The notes under the pieces are model-generated. The model was given only the letters and a program-made list of their open reading frames with translations. It did no database searches and was not told where the DNA came from. The position numbers and the translations under genes are program-made. Of a stretch of DNA of 64,000 nucleotides, positions 41,022 through 50,850 are shown piece after piece. The number at the start of each line of letters is the position of its first letter. The stretch's first letter is position 1. This DNA comes from an uncultured Gemmatimonadales bacterium. Its GTDB lineage: Bacteria; Gemmatimonadota; Gemmatimonadetes; Gemmatimonadales; GWC2-71-9. The stretch spans positions 448,001 to 512,000 of the forward strand of contig CAVVKJ010000005.1 of assembly GCA_963748815.1 (NCBI GenBank), written 5' to 3'.

Positions 41022-42448
41022 CCCGCCCCGCTGTACTCTGCGCATCGACCCTCCTCCTCGTCGCCGCCGCCCCGGGCGGCGACCCCTGCCTGCGTCTCCT
41101 GCGCGCCGGCACCCAGGTGCAGGGCGACGTCACCGTCTGCCCAGGCCGGTACCGGATTGCCGACCACGGTGAACTTGGCGTGCTCATCATCGCCGGGAGC
41201 GGCACCCGGCTGAACCTGACCGGCGTCACGCTGGAGAGCGGGGACAGCGTTCCTGCGGCGTTCCTCGGCGCCGGCGTCGTCAGCCGGGGTCTCGACAACG
41301 TCGAAGTGTACGGCGGGACCATCCGGGGCTTTCGTCACGGCATCCGGATCGAGGGGGGACGTGGCCACCGCATCGCGCGGGTGGACGTGTCCGGCACCCG
41401 CGCGCAGGCGCTCCGCTCCACCCCCGACCGGTACGACGAGGCCGACTGGCTCGACATCTTTCGCGCCGACACGGCCGAGGCGTACGGGGGCGGCGTGCTG
41501 CTGAAGCACACCAACGGCGCCACGGTGGTCGGCGTGTCGGCTCGGCACGCGCAGAACGGCATCGGGCTGATCGGCGCGCGCGGCAGCTACGTGGCGGACA
41601 ACGACGTGTCGGAGAACAGCGGCTGGGGGATTCACCTCTGGGCCTCGTCGCAGAACGTCGTTGTGCGGAACAAGGCGCACCACAATGTGCGCTGCGAGTC
41701 GCCGGCCTACCGCCGCGGGTGTGACTCCGCGGGGATTCTCCTCCGGGAGCAGAGCGACTCGAACCTCATCGCCGACAACGACGTCACGTCGTCGGGCGAC
41801 GGCTTCTTCCTCAGCGGCCAACCGGAGTACGTGCGCCCCTCGAACGGCAACATGGTGCTCCGCAACGACGGCTCCTCCGCCTACCACAACGCCTTCGAAT
41901 CCACGTTCAGCCACGGCAACGTCTTCCTGGAGAATCGCGCCGACAGCTCCGACTACGGGTTCTGGCTCGGGTATTCCACCGGCACCACGGTCCAGGGCAA
42001 CATCGTCCTCGGTTCGCGCTCGGTGGGCATCGCCATCGAGCATGGCGGCGCGAACCGGCTGTTGACCAATCTCGTGATGGGCGGCAAGACGGGGATCCGG
42101 CTCTTCATCCGGGATTCGAACGGGCCGGCGAGCCGCGACTACGTCATCGACGGCAACACGATCGCCGGGGTGACGCGCGGGCTGGTGCTCGAGCGCACGG
42201 CGCACGCGCGGGTGCGCGGCAACACCTTCGACGGGGTCGACGAGGCGCTCGTGGCCGACTCGACCGGCGGCGACGCGCAGGTGACGGGCAACGTCTTCCT
42301 GCGGGCGCAGCGGTTCTTCATCGTGGCTCCGTCGCTGACCGCCGGCAGTAACTACTGGGCCACGGCCACCGAGGCCGAGACCGTGGCGCGCGTGAAGGGA
42401 GCGGTGGTGGTGACGCCGTGGTTCCCGGCGTCGGCGGCGGGGTACTGA
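41015..42448 (+). CDS. secreted right-handed parallel beta-helix (NosD/CASH-like) protein
   Basis: Signal peptide; many GIxL/N-ladder repeats (ENSGWGIHL, DSAGILL, GDGFF, DYGFWLG). Confidence 0.8.
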   Translation: MLTRPAVLCASTLLLVAAAPGGDPCLRLLRAGTQVQGDVTVCPGRYRIADHGELGVLIIAGSGTRLNLTGVTLESGDSVPAAFLGAGVVSRGLDNVEVYGGTIRGFRHGIRIEGGRGHRIARVDVSGTRAQALRSTPDRYDEADWLDIFRADTAEAYGGGVLLKHTNGATVVGVSARHAQNGIGLIGARGSYVADNDVSENSGWGIHLWASSQNVVVRNKAHHNVRCESPAYRRGCDSAGILLREQSDSNLIADNDVTSSGDGFFLSGQPEYVRPSNGNMVLRNDGSSAYHNAFESTFSHGNVFLENRADSSDYGFWLGYSTGTTVQGNIVLGSRSVGIAIEHGGANRLLTNLVMGGKTGIRLFIRDSNGPASRDYVIDGNTIAGVTRGLVLERTAHARVRGNTFDGVDEALVADSTGGDAQVTGNVFLRAQRFFIVAPSLTAGSNYWATATEAETVARVKGAVVVTPWFPASAAGY

Positions 42449-42454
42449 CCGCCG

Positions 42455-43042
42455 TCAGAACTTGTTGGCGTGCGTGGTGATCTTGTACATCCCATCCCGC
42501 CCCATGATCTGTCCGAAGAGGCGTTCCTGCACCGTGTCGCCTGCGGCGGTGACCCGCCGCACCGTGCACGGTCCCCAGATCCGGTTCGCTCCCTCCACGA
42601 CCTCACCCCCGTCACAGATGTATCCGGCGTAGGCGTATGGCGTGCCACCCCGCTCCGCGAGCGCCCGGGTCAATCCCTTCCGCGACTGCTCGTCCATCAA
42701 GAACCACATCAGCGACGGGCTCAGGTCGTAGGGGGGCAACCCCTGCGCGCTGGTCGGGTAGTAGAGCCAGGCGAATTCGGCCTTGCTCAGTGTCAGGCGC
42801 TTTATCGCGGCTGTATCTGCGGCGGCCAGCGCCTCGACAAATTCCTGCACCAGGGCATCCCGGCTGGGAGCGCCGCCGGCGAGCGCAGTCGGCGTGTCCA
42901 ACCCGACACGGAAGCGACGGAGGGCCTCCTCGCGGGGGATCACCGAATCGACGACGTTGGCGCTGGCTGGGGAGGCGCTGTGCGGTTCGGTGGAACAGGC
43001 GGCGATTAAGACCAGGATCGCAATCCAGGCGTGCATTCGCAT
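42455..43042 (-). CDS. hypothetical lipoprotein
   Basis: MRMHAWIAILVLIAAC lipobox; GGAG RBS. Confidence 0.75.
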   Translation of the reverse strand: MRMHAWIAILVLIAACSTEPHSASPASANVVDSVIPREEALRRFRVGLDTPTALAGGAPSRDALVQEFVEALAAADTAAIKRLTLSKAEFAWLYYPTSAQGLPPYDLSPSLMWFLMDEQSRKGLTRALAERGGTPYAYAGYICDGGEVVEGANRIWGPCTVRRVTAAGDTVQERLFGQIMGRDGMYKITTHANKF

Positions 43043-43112
43043 CGTATCTCCAAATGACCGGGGGCCGGCCCGCCGCGGTTGCGACGAGACGGCCCCACAG
43101 TCGACGGGATCA

Positions 43113-44809
43113 CTAGTTGATCTGGTAGACGGTCCAGCCTTGGTACCAGGTGCAGACCACGTCGCAGGCACCGAGGTACGCGGTGTTCTGCCACGAGTTC
43201 CCGAAATATCCGCCCACTCGGGAGGCCGGAACGGTGACCGCGCCGCTCGAGGCCGGGGAGCCTGCCTTGGGGGCCCAGTTGAGGCCGGCGGGGTTGGTGC
43301 TGATCCCCAGGAGCGTGTCCACCGAGACGGTGCTCCCGTACAACTTGAGGGTGTTGTAATCCGCCGCCGGCCAGTTGGCGGGCGCGGCGTAGGCGGCGCC
43401 GGTCGTGTCAAAGTTGGCGCCGTTCTGCGTCAGGAGGACGGAGGCGATAGTCAGCGAGTCGAGTTGCGTGAACAGCGTGTCGGTCCACGCGTCGCGGATG
43501 CTGATGCCGAAGCCCTTCCACCGCGACAGCACGCCGTTGGCCGCATAGCCGCCCGTGCCCCGGCGCCAGACGCCGCCGTTGCCGTCGTTCGGGATGCCGG
43601 CCAGCTGGCCGGTACCGATCATCGTGAAGTTGGCGAAGGTCGGGTTGGAGTAGGGCGTGCTGGTGCCCGTCGCGGTGACCGTGCAGCCGCTGACGCCCGG
43701 ATCGCAGCCATCGCCCTCGAATCCGCGCGGGTCGCCCGAGAAGGTCCCTGCGCCAGGGGCGGGGGTGAGGCGCTGGGTCTGGAGCGCGATCATGAACTGG
43801 ACCCGGCCCTGGAATCCCTCGACCAGTCGAAGTGGTCGTCGCCCGACTCGTACGAGATCAGATAGCGCCCGTCCACCGCGCCACCCCACCACTCGAAGGA
43901 GTCGTCGAGCCCGGACATGGTCTGGATGTACTCGTACGTCGTCCCGCGGCCGACAGCGTAGCTGGAGAGCGTGTTCAGCTCCTGGCCCGCGCCGTTCGAC
44001 ACGTCGTACCCGGCAAACTCGATGCGCACGTAGCGCAGGGTGCCGCTGTCATCGTTGTTGTCGATGCCGCCCGAGTAGTCCTCCGCAACCCCGGCCGCGC
44101 CGCCCTCGGTGAGGATCGGCGACCCGGTGCGGTTGATGATCCCGTTGCCGATGATGATGATGCCGCCCCAGTCGCCGGGCTTCCGGTTACCGGGCGCGCG
44201 GGCCGACGTGAACACGATGGGCGCCACCGCGGTGCCCTGGGCGTCGATCTTGGCGCCGCGGAGGACCCAGAGCGAGCTGCCGAGGACGCCCGTGTCGCCG
44301 ATGATCCTGGTCCCGGCCTGGATGGTCAGGGTGGCACCGCTCTGGACCTTCACGTAGCCGCTGAGCTTGTAGACCGTGTCGGCGTAGAGCGTGCGACTGG
44401 TGGTGATGTTCCCGGACAGCGTCGCCGCCGACACCCCGGTTGCCGCGGTGACGGTGGAGGTGAATGCGCTCGTGTCGGACGCCGTGACCGAGGCGACACG
44501 GTAGCTGTACGACAGGCTTGGCGTCAGTCCGGTGTCGTCGAAGGTCGTCGACGCGAGGATGCCGCCGCCGATCTGCGTGAAGACGCCGGGGTTGGTGGCC
44601 GCCGCGCGTTCCAGGAGGTACCCGGTGGCGCCAGAGGCTGCCGTCCACGAGACCCGGAGCGACGTCAGGGACACTTGGGACACGGCCAGGTTCGTCGGTG
44701 CCGCGACCGGAGTTGGGCCGGTGCCCCCGTCGTTGTTGTCGTCGGAGCAGGCCGCCAGGGCCAGCATCGTCAGGGGGAGCGCCAGGAGCTGTCGGAATCG
44801 GGTCGTCAT
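43113..44809 (-). CDS. lipoprotein with Fn3 and beta-helix domains (TonB-receptor partner); 1-bp frameshift near 43823
   Basis: LAAC lipobox, Fn3, PIVFTS, GDWGG, LRYVRIEFAG, DDSFEWWGG; GDDHFDW continues as EGFQGRVQF in another frame. Confidence 0.8.
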
Positions 44810-44881
44810 CGGTTCCTCTCGTTCGTTGCGTGTCGGGTAGGCTGCGCGGGTTGTCCCGCGCCTCAAGGAAAACCACGGACG

Positions 44882-44930
44882 GTCGCGCCAAGGCGACGGC
44901 TGCGTCACGATCGGGTCAAGCCCCGTTCAG
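44882..44930. promoter_or_regulatory. 11-bp-phased direct repeats (PhoB/OmpR-type box)
   Basis: GTCGC, GCGAC, GTCAC, GTCAA, TTCAG at 44882/44893/44904/44915/44926. Confidence 0.5.
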
Positions 44931-47707
44931 GGCTGCCACTTGAAGGCCACCACCCAGATCCGGCCGGTGGTGTAGCGGAGCCGAGTCACGCCCCCCTGGG
45001 TCATCAGGTATTCACTGTCAAGCAGGTTGCGCGCGTCGACCTTCACCGAGACGTCACGGGACAATCCGACTTCGACGGAGGCGTCGAGAATGCTCCGGGG
45101 CTGTTCGTACGCGTCGGGCAGGCCGCCGCTACCGACTTCGAGGATCCGTTCGCCCGCCACGTTGTAGAGCAGGGAGGCGGTCGTGCGGGCGCCCGGGCTG
45201 ACGTAGGTCATTCCGGCGTTGACCACGTAGGGGGACTGCCCGATCATCGGGCGGTCGGGGTTGGTGAGCGAGGAAATGCTGTCGTTTCCGGTGACGATCT
45301 GGCTCGTCATGAAGGTGGCGTTCGCGAAGGCCGTCACGCCCTCGAAGGCCCGCCCCACGAATCCCAGGGTCTTCCGGATCTCGAGCTCAACGCCGTAGTT
45401 CTGCGCGCTCTCTGCGTTCACGAAACTCAGGGAATTGGCGCCGGACGACTGGATGATGACTTTCTCGATTGGCGCCTGGAAGTTCTTCGCGAAGATGCCC
45501 GCGCTCACAACTTCCCCTCCGGACGGATACCACTCCCAGCGGAGGTCATAGTTCTGGATCAGGCTGCGGTCGAGGGCCGGGTTGCCGAAGGTGGTGGCAA
45601 AACCCACCTGCTCGAAGTAGGGGACCGGGCTGAGTTCACGGTACTCAGGCCGGGCCAGCGTCTGCGTGGCCGAGAGTCGGTAGACCTGGTCGGGACGCGG
45701 GCGGTAGGTAATGGCAAGCGACGGAAGCAGGTCGGTATGCTGCGGGTTGGCGGGCACCACCTGGCCTGCGCTGGTCCGGGTGTCGACCTGCAGCTTCCAA
45801 TCTTCCACCCGAAGGCCGCCGAGCACCGTCCACCTGGGTGACAGCGGGACCGTGGCCATGGCGAAGCCGGCAAGAATCTCGTCGTCCGCCGTATATCGGC
45901 CACCGTTGGCATTGGCGACCAGGAGGAAGCTGCTCGCGTCGATGTTGGCCGGCGAGAAGATCTCCGACGGCGGGAGGGCGAGCGCGCTGTCCGGGAGGCT
46001 GATGTTATTGATGTCGTAGGCCCGGCTGTCGGCGTCCCGGTTCGCCGTGCGGTACGCCGCACCTACCTTGACGGCCACGGTCGACGCGCCCGCACCGAAG
46101 TTGCGCTCGAGATTCAGGCCGAAATCCCACGCCGATTCGGTGGTGTTGTCGAAGGTCCGGGTGGCGAATCGTGGCTGCCCGAACCATTGGTACGGCACAA
46201 ACTGGCCGCCGCCCTTGGGGTGCGCGAGGTAGCCGATGTCCGACCGGTCGGGGGCGTCGCGGGTGACGGCCGAATTGGTGACCAGCCAGTTCAGGGTGGT
46301 CTGCGGGCCGATCAGGTGCTGGCCGGCGAGCTGGTCCGAGCGGACGGAGCGCTGGATGTAGGTGAGCCGCGAGAACTGGAAGGTGTCCGCGAACTCTTCG
46401 TTGAAGCCGCCGAGGAGGCTCGCCTCGTTGTCGCCGCCCCGGGTATAGGTGTTGTTGAAGCTGATGCGCCCCGAACTGCCGAGCCGGGTGTAGAAATTCA
46501 GCATGCCGCCCCAGAGCACCGCGCCGAGCGTGGTCGAGCCGGTGTAGGTGTTCAGCGGCTCTGCGGTGTCCTTGTCGGGGCCGTTCTTCGCCAGGCCCTT
46601 CGTCTCCCCCTGGCGGATTTCCTGTACGTACGTGTAGGTAAAGGAGCCGACGTAGCCGAGCGGCTGCCCAAAGACGGGGTCCTCGCCGCCGAGCGACACG
46701 TTGAACGAGGCGTTGGGCGATCCGCTCTCGTAGGCAGGGCTCCAGACGTTGCGGAAGGAGCTGATCAGGCCGTTCACCTCGGACTGGGTCAGACCGTTCA
46801 GGTTGCCCGCGTCTGCCACGTCCGAAGGGAGGGCGCGCGGCGGAGCGCCGTCCGCAATCCACTCGCCCCCGGCCGTCGGGGCCCGGGCCAGCTCGACGCC
46901 GGTCGCCGCGGAATTCCACCCCGACCCGATGGTCATCGTGAAGGTGTGTTCGGCGGAAAACTCGCGCGTCGTGATGTTGACCGACGCCCCGCTGAAGTCG
47001 CCCGGCTGGTCGGGTGTGAAGGTCTTCGAGGTCGAGATGCCGGAGAGCAAGTTGGCTGGGAAGATGTCCATGGGGACCACCTTCCGGTCCGGCTCCGGGC
47101 TGGGCACCCGTGAGCCGTTGAGCGAGGTGGTGGTATACCGTTCGCCAAGCCCGCGCACGAAGACGTACTTGCCGTCGAGCACGGAGACGCCGCTGACCCG
47201 CTTGATGGCGGCGCCCGCGTCGGCGTCCGGGCTCTGCGCCATCTGCTGCGCACTGATGGAGTTGGTGACGTTTGGCGCGGTCCGCTGCGCATCGAGCGCG
47301 CCCGCCACGGTGCTCTGCTCTGCGGTGGCGGTGACCGTGAGTTCGTCGAGCGTGAACACCTGGGTGCTGAGCGCGATATTCTGCTCGATGGTGCCCCCGG
47401 CGGGCACGACCAGCCCCTTCACGTTCTTGGGGCCGTAGCCGATCTGTCGGACCCGGATGGTGACGGGGCCCGCAGGCACGTCACGGAGGGCGTAGTGGCC
47501 GTCGATCGCCGACGTGGCGCGGATCGGTGTCGGTGCGCTGTCCACTTCGATGGTGGCGCCAGCGATCGGGGTGCCGGTCGCCTGGTCGAGAATCGTGCCG
47601 ACCACCCGACCGGTTTGCTGCGCGGCGCCGGGCGCCGGCGCGAGCAGCAGGATGGCGAGGAGCGTGAAGCTCGGGAGGACGCGGGTGGGAGAGATCCGTG
47701 TGCGCAT
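44927..47707 (-). CDS. TonB-dependent receptor with N-terminal carboxypeptidase-regulatory-like domain
   Basis: Signal peptide, plug (VFVRGLGERY, LNG, KTFTPD), barrel (LARPEYREL, GNPAL, NYDLRWEWY, RNLLD). Confidence 0.93.
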   Translation of the reverse strand: MRTRISPTRVLPSFTLLAILLLAPAPGAAQQTGRVVGTILDQATGTPIAGATIEVDSAPTPIRATSAIDGHYALRDVPAGPVTIRVRQIGYGPKNVKGLVVPAGGTIEQNIALSTQVFTLDELTVTATAEQSTVAGALDAQRTAPNVTNSISAQQMAQSPDADAGAAIKRVSGVSVLDGKYVFVRGLGERYTTTSLNGSRVPSPEPDRKVVPMDIFPANLLSGISTSKTFTPDQPGDFSGASVNITTREFSAEHTFTMTIGSGWNSAATGVELARAPTAGGEWIADGAPPRALPSDVADAGNLNGLTQSEVNGLISSFRNVWSPAYESGSPNASFNVSLGGEDPVFGQPLGYVGSFTYTYVQEIRQGETKGLAKNGPDKDTAEPLNTYTGSTTLGAVLWGGMLNFYTRLGSSGRISFNNTYTRGGDNEASLLGGFNEEFADTFQFSRLTYIQRSVRSDQLAGQHLIGPQTTLNWLVTNSAVTRDAPDRSDIGYLAHPKGGGQFVPYQWFGQPRFATRTFDNTTESAWDFGLNLERNFGAGASTVAVKVGAAYRTANRDADSRAYDINNISLPDSALALPPSEIFSPANIDASSFLLVANANGGRYTADDEILAGFAMATVPLSPRWTVLGGLRVEDWKLQVDTRTSAGQVVPANPQHTDLLPSLAITYRPRPDQVYRLSATQTLARPEYRELSPVPYFEQVGFATTFGNPALDRSLIQNYDLRWEWYPSGGEVVSAGIFAKNFQAPIEKVIIQSSGANSLSFVNAESAQNYGVELEIRKTLGFVGRAFEGVTAFANATFMTSQIVTGNDSISSLTNPDRPMIGQSPYVVNAGMTYVSPGARTTASLLYNVAGERILEVGSGGLPDAYEQPRSILDASVEVGLSRDVSVKVDARNLLDSEYLMTQGGVTRLRYTTGRIWVVAFKWQP

Positions 47708-47793
47708 TGCAGGCCGGGATTCGGGTGCGTGGTGGGCAGCGCGGTCGTTCGACCAGGATGCCACGGAGGCAGCACGAATACTCGACCGCTGTT

Positions 47794-47831
47794 GTCGGCC
47801 CTCCTTCACGAACCGGCAACGACTATGTCAC
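47794..47831. promoter_or_regulatory. 11-bp-phased direct repeats (PhoB/OmpR-type box)
   Basis: GTCGG, TTCAC, GCAAC, GTCAC at 47794/47805/47816/47827, upstream of the TonB receptor. Confidence 0.45.
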
Positions 47832-47853
47832 GGAGTGTGGGGAAGCGGGACGG

Positions 47854-49917
47854 TCAGGGTTCCAGCAACCGCTGCAGCACCGCCCGCGCCTCGCGCGGGA
47901 CCAGCGGCTTGGTGAGGCGGGGGACGCCCGCGAGGCCGGCGTCGACGAATGCGCCGGCGTCGCCGAGCAGCACGAGCCGCGCGGCCAGTTCCGGGCGCTG
48001 GGCCAGCAGGAGCGGGATGAGCGGTTCCGAGGCGCCCGCGAGCGCCGGGTCGAGGAGCAGCAGGTCGTAGGCCTGTTCGTTGGACATGGCGACCGCCTCC
48101 GCGCCAGTCCGGGCGGTGTGAATCTGCACGCCGTCCTGCGTCAGCAGCGCCGTGACCACCCGGTGGACGGAACGATCGGCGTCGGCCACCAGCACCCGGC
48201 AGGGCACCAGCTTCTCCACCGGGCCGCTGCCATGGGCGGGGAGCTGAATGGTGAAGGTCGAGCCTCCCCCCTCCGCCGGCGCGTACGAGAGCCGGCCCCC
48301 ATGCGAATCAATGATGCCGTAGCTGATGGAGAGCCCGAGCCCGGTCCCCTGGCCCGGTTGCTTCGTGGTGAAGAACGGCGTGAAGATGCGGCCCGTGAGT
48401 TCGGCGGGAATCCCGGGGCCGGTGTCGGAGACGCGGACGTAGGCGCGGTCCTCGTCCTGCCCGGTCGCCACAACGATCCGCCGCTCCGCCTCCGGCGGAA
48501 GGTCGGAGAGGGCGTGGACCGCGTTGGTCAGGAGGTTGAGCAGCACCTGCTGAATTTCGTACCGGTCCCCGCGGACGACCGCGGGCTCGCCGATGGCCCG
48601 CTCCAGCGTGACGCCGCGCAGCCGAAGTTCCGCCTGGATGAGGAGCACCGTGCGCTCGGCCACGTCCTCGAGGTCCACCACCGCCTGCTCTGGCGTTCCC
48701 TTGCGGGCAAACGTCAGCAGGTTGGCCACGATCCGGCCCGCGCGGTCCGCCTGCTCGTGGATGACCCCCAGGTGCTCGCGCGCGTCCGCCGGCAGCCGCT
48801 CCTGCTCCAGCAGGAGCTCGGACAGCCCCGCGATCGAGGTGAGCGGGTTGTTGAGTTCGTGCGCCACCCCGGACACCAGCTGACCCACCGCCGCCATCTT
48901 CTCGTTCTGGATCAGTTGGGCTTCCAGCGCGCGCTGGTCGGTGACGTCTTCCACCATCACCACGACCGACGCCGTGCCCTCGTGCGCGGGGAGGGGCGCG
49001 CCGGCGAGCCGGAGCGTCCGGCTCAGCCGGGCGGACGGCAATAGGGTCGGAATCCGCGACTGCCCCAGCCGCGCGCCGGCGATCAGCGCGTCGGCCGCTT
49101 CCGATTCCGAGAACAGCGAGGCGACGAACGGCCTCCCCACCAGCGACGCGAGGGGGACGCCCGCGAGCAGCGCCAGCGCCCGGTTGGCGCGGGTAATCCG
49201 GCCGGCGCCGTCCACCAGCGCAATCCCCTCCGAGAGGGCATCGAAGGTCGTTTCCCACTCCTCCTTGCCCTGGCGCAGGAGACCGAAGAACCGGCTGTTG
49301 GTGAGCACCACCGCCGCCTGCATGGCGACAGTCGAGATCAGCCACAGGTCCTGGGTCGAGAAGGGGCGGTCACGGCGGGCCGCGACCGCCATAGCGCCCA
49401 GCGTCATCCCGTGGGCTCGCAGCGGGGCGACGGCGGTGCGCTGGACCAGGACACCGGCCACGAGCTCCACCCCGGGGGCCGGTCCCTCCGCGAGCTCGAT
49501 GCGCTCGCGGCCGATCGCCTGGGTGAGGAGGCCCCCTTCCGCCGACGGGATGGAGCGCCCGAGCAGGGAGGCGAGGGATCCCTCTGCCGCCGCGATCCGC
49601 AATTCGGGCTGGTCCTCCGAGGCCAGCGCCACCACCGTCCCCTCCGCTTCCAGGAAGCGGGAGGTAAAGCGGGCCACCTGCTCCACGATCCGATCTGTCT
49701 GGAGCGACTCGGAGAGGACGTAGCTGAGTTCCTGCAGGGAGAATATCTCGTTGATCCGCCGGTCGAGCCGGCGGGCAAAGTCGTCGCGCTCCGCCTGGAC
49801 CTCGGCCAGCCGGGTCGCCAGGGCGGCGGCCTCCGCCTCGTGCCGACGCCGGGCGCGCCAGGACCACAGCAGTGCCGCCGCGCCGGCCAGCAGGGTGACA
49901 AGAATGACGGCGTTCAG
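47854..49917 (-). CDS. sensor histidine kinase (TM-GAF-PAS-HisKA-HATPase-degenerate REC)
   Basis: GVAHELNNPL, LNLLTNA, DTGPGI, PFFTTK, GTGLGL; start probably CTG overlapping the upstream stop. Confidence 0.9.
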   Translation of the reverse strand: MNAVILVTLLAGAAALLWSWRARRRHEAEAAALATRLAEVQAERDDFARRLDRRINEIFSLQELSYVLSESLQTDRIVEQVARFTSRFLEAEGTVVALASEDQPELRIAAAEGSLASLLGRSIPSAEGGLLTQAIGRERIELAEGPAPGVELVAGVLVQRTAVAPLRAHGMTLGAMAVAARRDRPFSTQDLWLISTVAMQAAVVLTNSRFFGLLRQGKEEWETTFDALSEGIALVDGAGRITRANRALALLAGVPLASLVGRPFVASLFSESEAADALIAGARLGQSRIPTLLPSARLSRTLRLAGAPLPAHEGTASVVVMVEDVTDQRALEAQLIQNEKMAAVGQLVSGVAHELNNPLTSIAGLSELLLEQERLPADAREHLGVIHEQADRAGRIVANLLTFARKGTPEQAVVDLEDVAERTVLLIQAELRLRGVTLERAIGEPAVVRGDRYEIQQVLLNLLTNAVHALSDLPPEAERRIVVATGQDEDRAYVRVSDTGPGIPAELTGRIFTPFFTTKQPGQGTGLGLSISYGIIDSHGGRLSYAPAEGGGSTFTIQLPAHGSGPVEKLVPCRVLVADADRSVHRVVTALLTQDGVQIHTARTGAEAVAMSNEQAYDLLLLDPALAGASEPLIPLLLAQRPELAARLVLLGDAGAFVDAGLAGVPRLTKPLVPREARAVLQRLLEP

Positions 49918-50765
49918 GAGGGCCCCGGCTCGCCGCCGTGCCGCGTGACCAGGTCGGTGGGCGTTGTTTCTGGCGGAGCGTTCGGCTTGACCCGCACCGA
50001 CTTGGCGGGAATCCCGACGTTGACGTGATAGGGACGGACATGCTTGGTGGCGACCGCGTTGGCGCCGACCATCCCGTTCCGGCCGACCCGCACGCCGGCC
50101 AGGACGGTCGCGTGGTAGGTGATGCGGACATCGTCCTCCAGGATCGTGCGGGCGTTGGTCACCTCGCGCTGGTCCACGATGCTGTGCGTGTGGCTGTAGA
50201 TGTTGGCGTAGTCGGAGACGCTGACCCGGTCCCCGAGCGTGAGCCCGCCTCGGTCGTCGAGCAGCACGTGCCGGTGAATCACCACGTCGTCGCCGACCTC
50301 CAGGTTGTAGCCATAGGAAAACTCGACGTGCTGGAAGCACTTGAAGTTGCGCCCGCACCGGGCAAAGATCCTCGGCGCAAGGCGCCGCCGCAGTGCGATG
50401 CCGAGGGCGACGTTCTGCCCGGCCAGGGGGGCGCGGTCGAAGCTGTACCAGAGCCAGAGCAGCGGCTTGACCCGGGCAAAGCGCACCGGGTCGACATCCC
50501 CGTAATACTCGGGTTCAAGGGTAATATTCGTGGGGTCGAGCGCGAGCAGCGCGGCTCGCGCCGCCGGCGACCGGCCGGGATCGGCCACCGCCGCGTCCCA
50601 GTCGGGAATGTCCGGATGAAAGAGGCCCAGGAGCACCTGGCGCACGACGCGCGACCAGTCCGCGCCAGGGGCGTCCAGCTGGGCGTCGAGCTCGTCCAGC
50701 CACGCGTCGTACGCGGCCTCGGCCCGCTTGGGCAGGCTAACGGAACGCAGGGGTAGAAATGCCAT
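49914..50765 (-). CDS. hexapeptide-repeat (LbH) acyltransferase
   Basis: LEVGDDVVIH, LGDRVSVS, YSHTH, VGRNGMVGANAVATK, GIPAK. Confidence 0.85.
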   Translation of the reverse strand: MAFLPLRSVSLPKRAEAAYDAWLDELDAQLDAPGADWSRVVRQVLLGLFHPDIPDWDAAVADPGRSPAARAALLALDPTNITLEPEYYGDVDPVRFARVKPLLWLWYSFDRAPLAGQNVALGIALRRRLAPRIFARCGRNFKCFQHVEFSYGYNLEVGDDVVIHRHVLLDDRGGLTLGDRVSVSDYANIYSHTHSIVDQREVTNARTILEDDVRITYHATVLAGVRVGRNGMVGANAVATKHVRPYHVNVGIPAKSVRVKPNAPPETTPTDLVTRHGGEPGPS

Positions 50766-50850
50766 CAGTTCTCCACGGTTGCCCTGAGTTTACCGGGGTC
50801 GACACCGCGGCGCCACGGTGCGCCGCCCACCCTCCCGCCGTGAGGCGTCC

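Noticed and set aside
41015..42448. NosD implying a nitrous-oxide reductase cluster
   Set aside because: No nosZ/F/Y/R nearby; generic beta-helix repeats only
43055..43095. GCAAC-N17-CGGT as another ECF promoter
   Set aside because: Weak match inside a GC-rich hairpin; could be a terminator or chance
44330..44650. SGAT motifs in the lipoprotein as ApbE flavinylation sites
   Set aside because: Lack the upstream Asp; SGAT is ordinary in Fn3 and beta-helix strands
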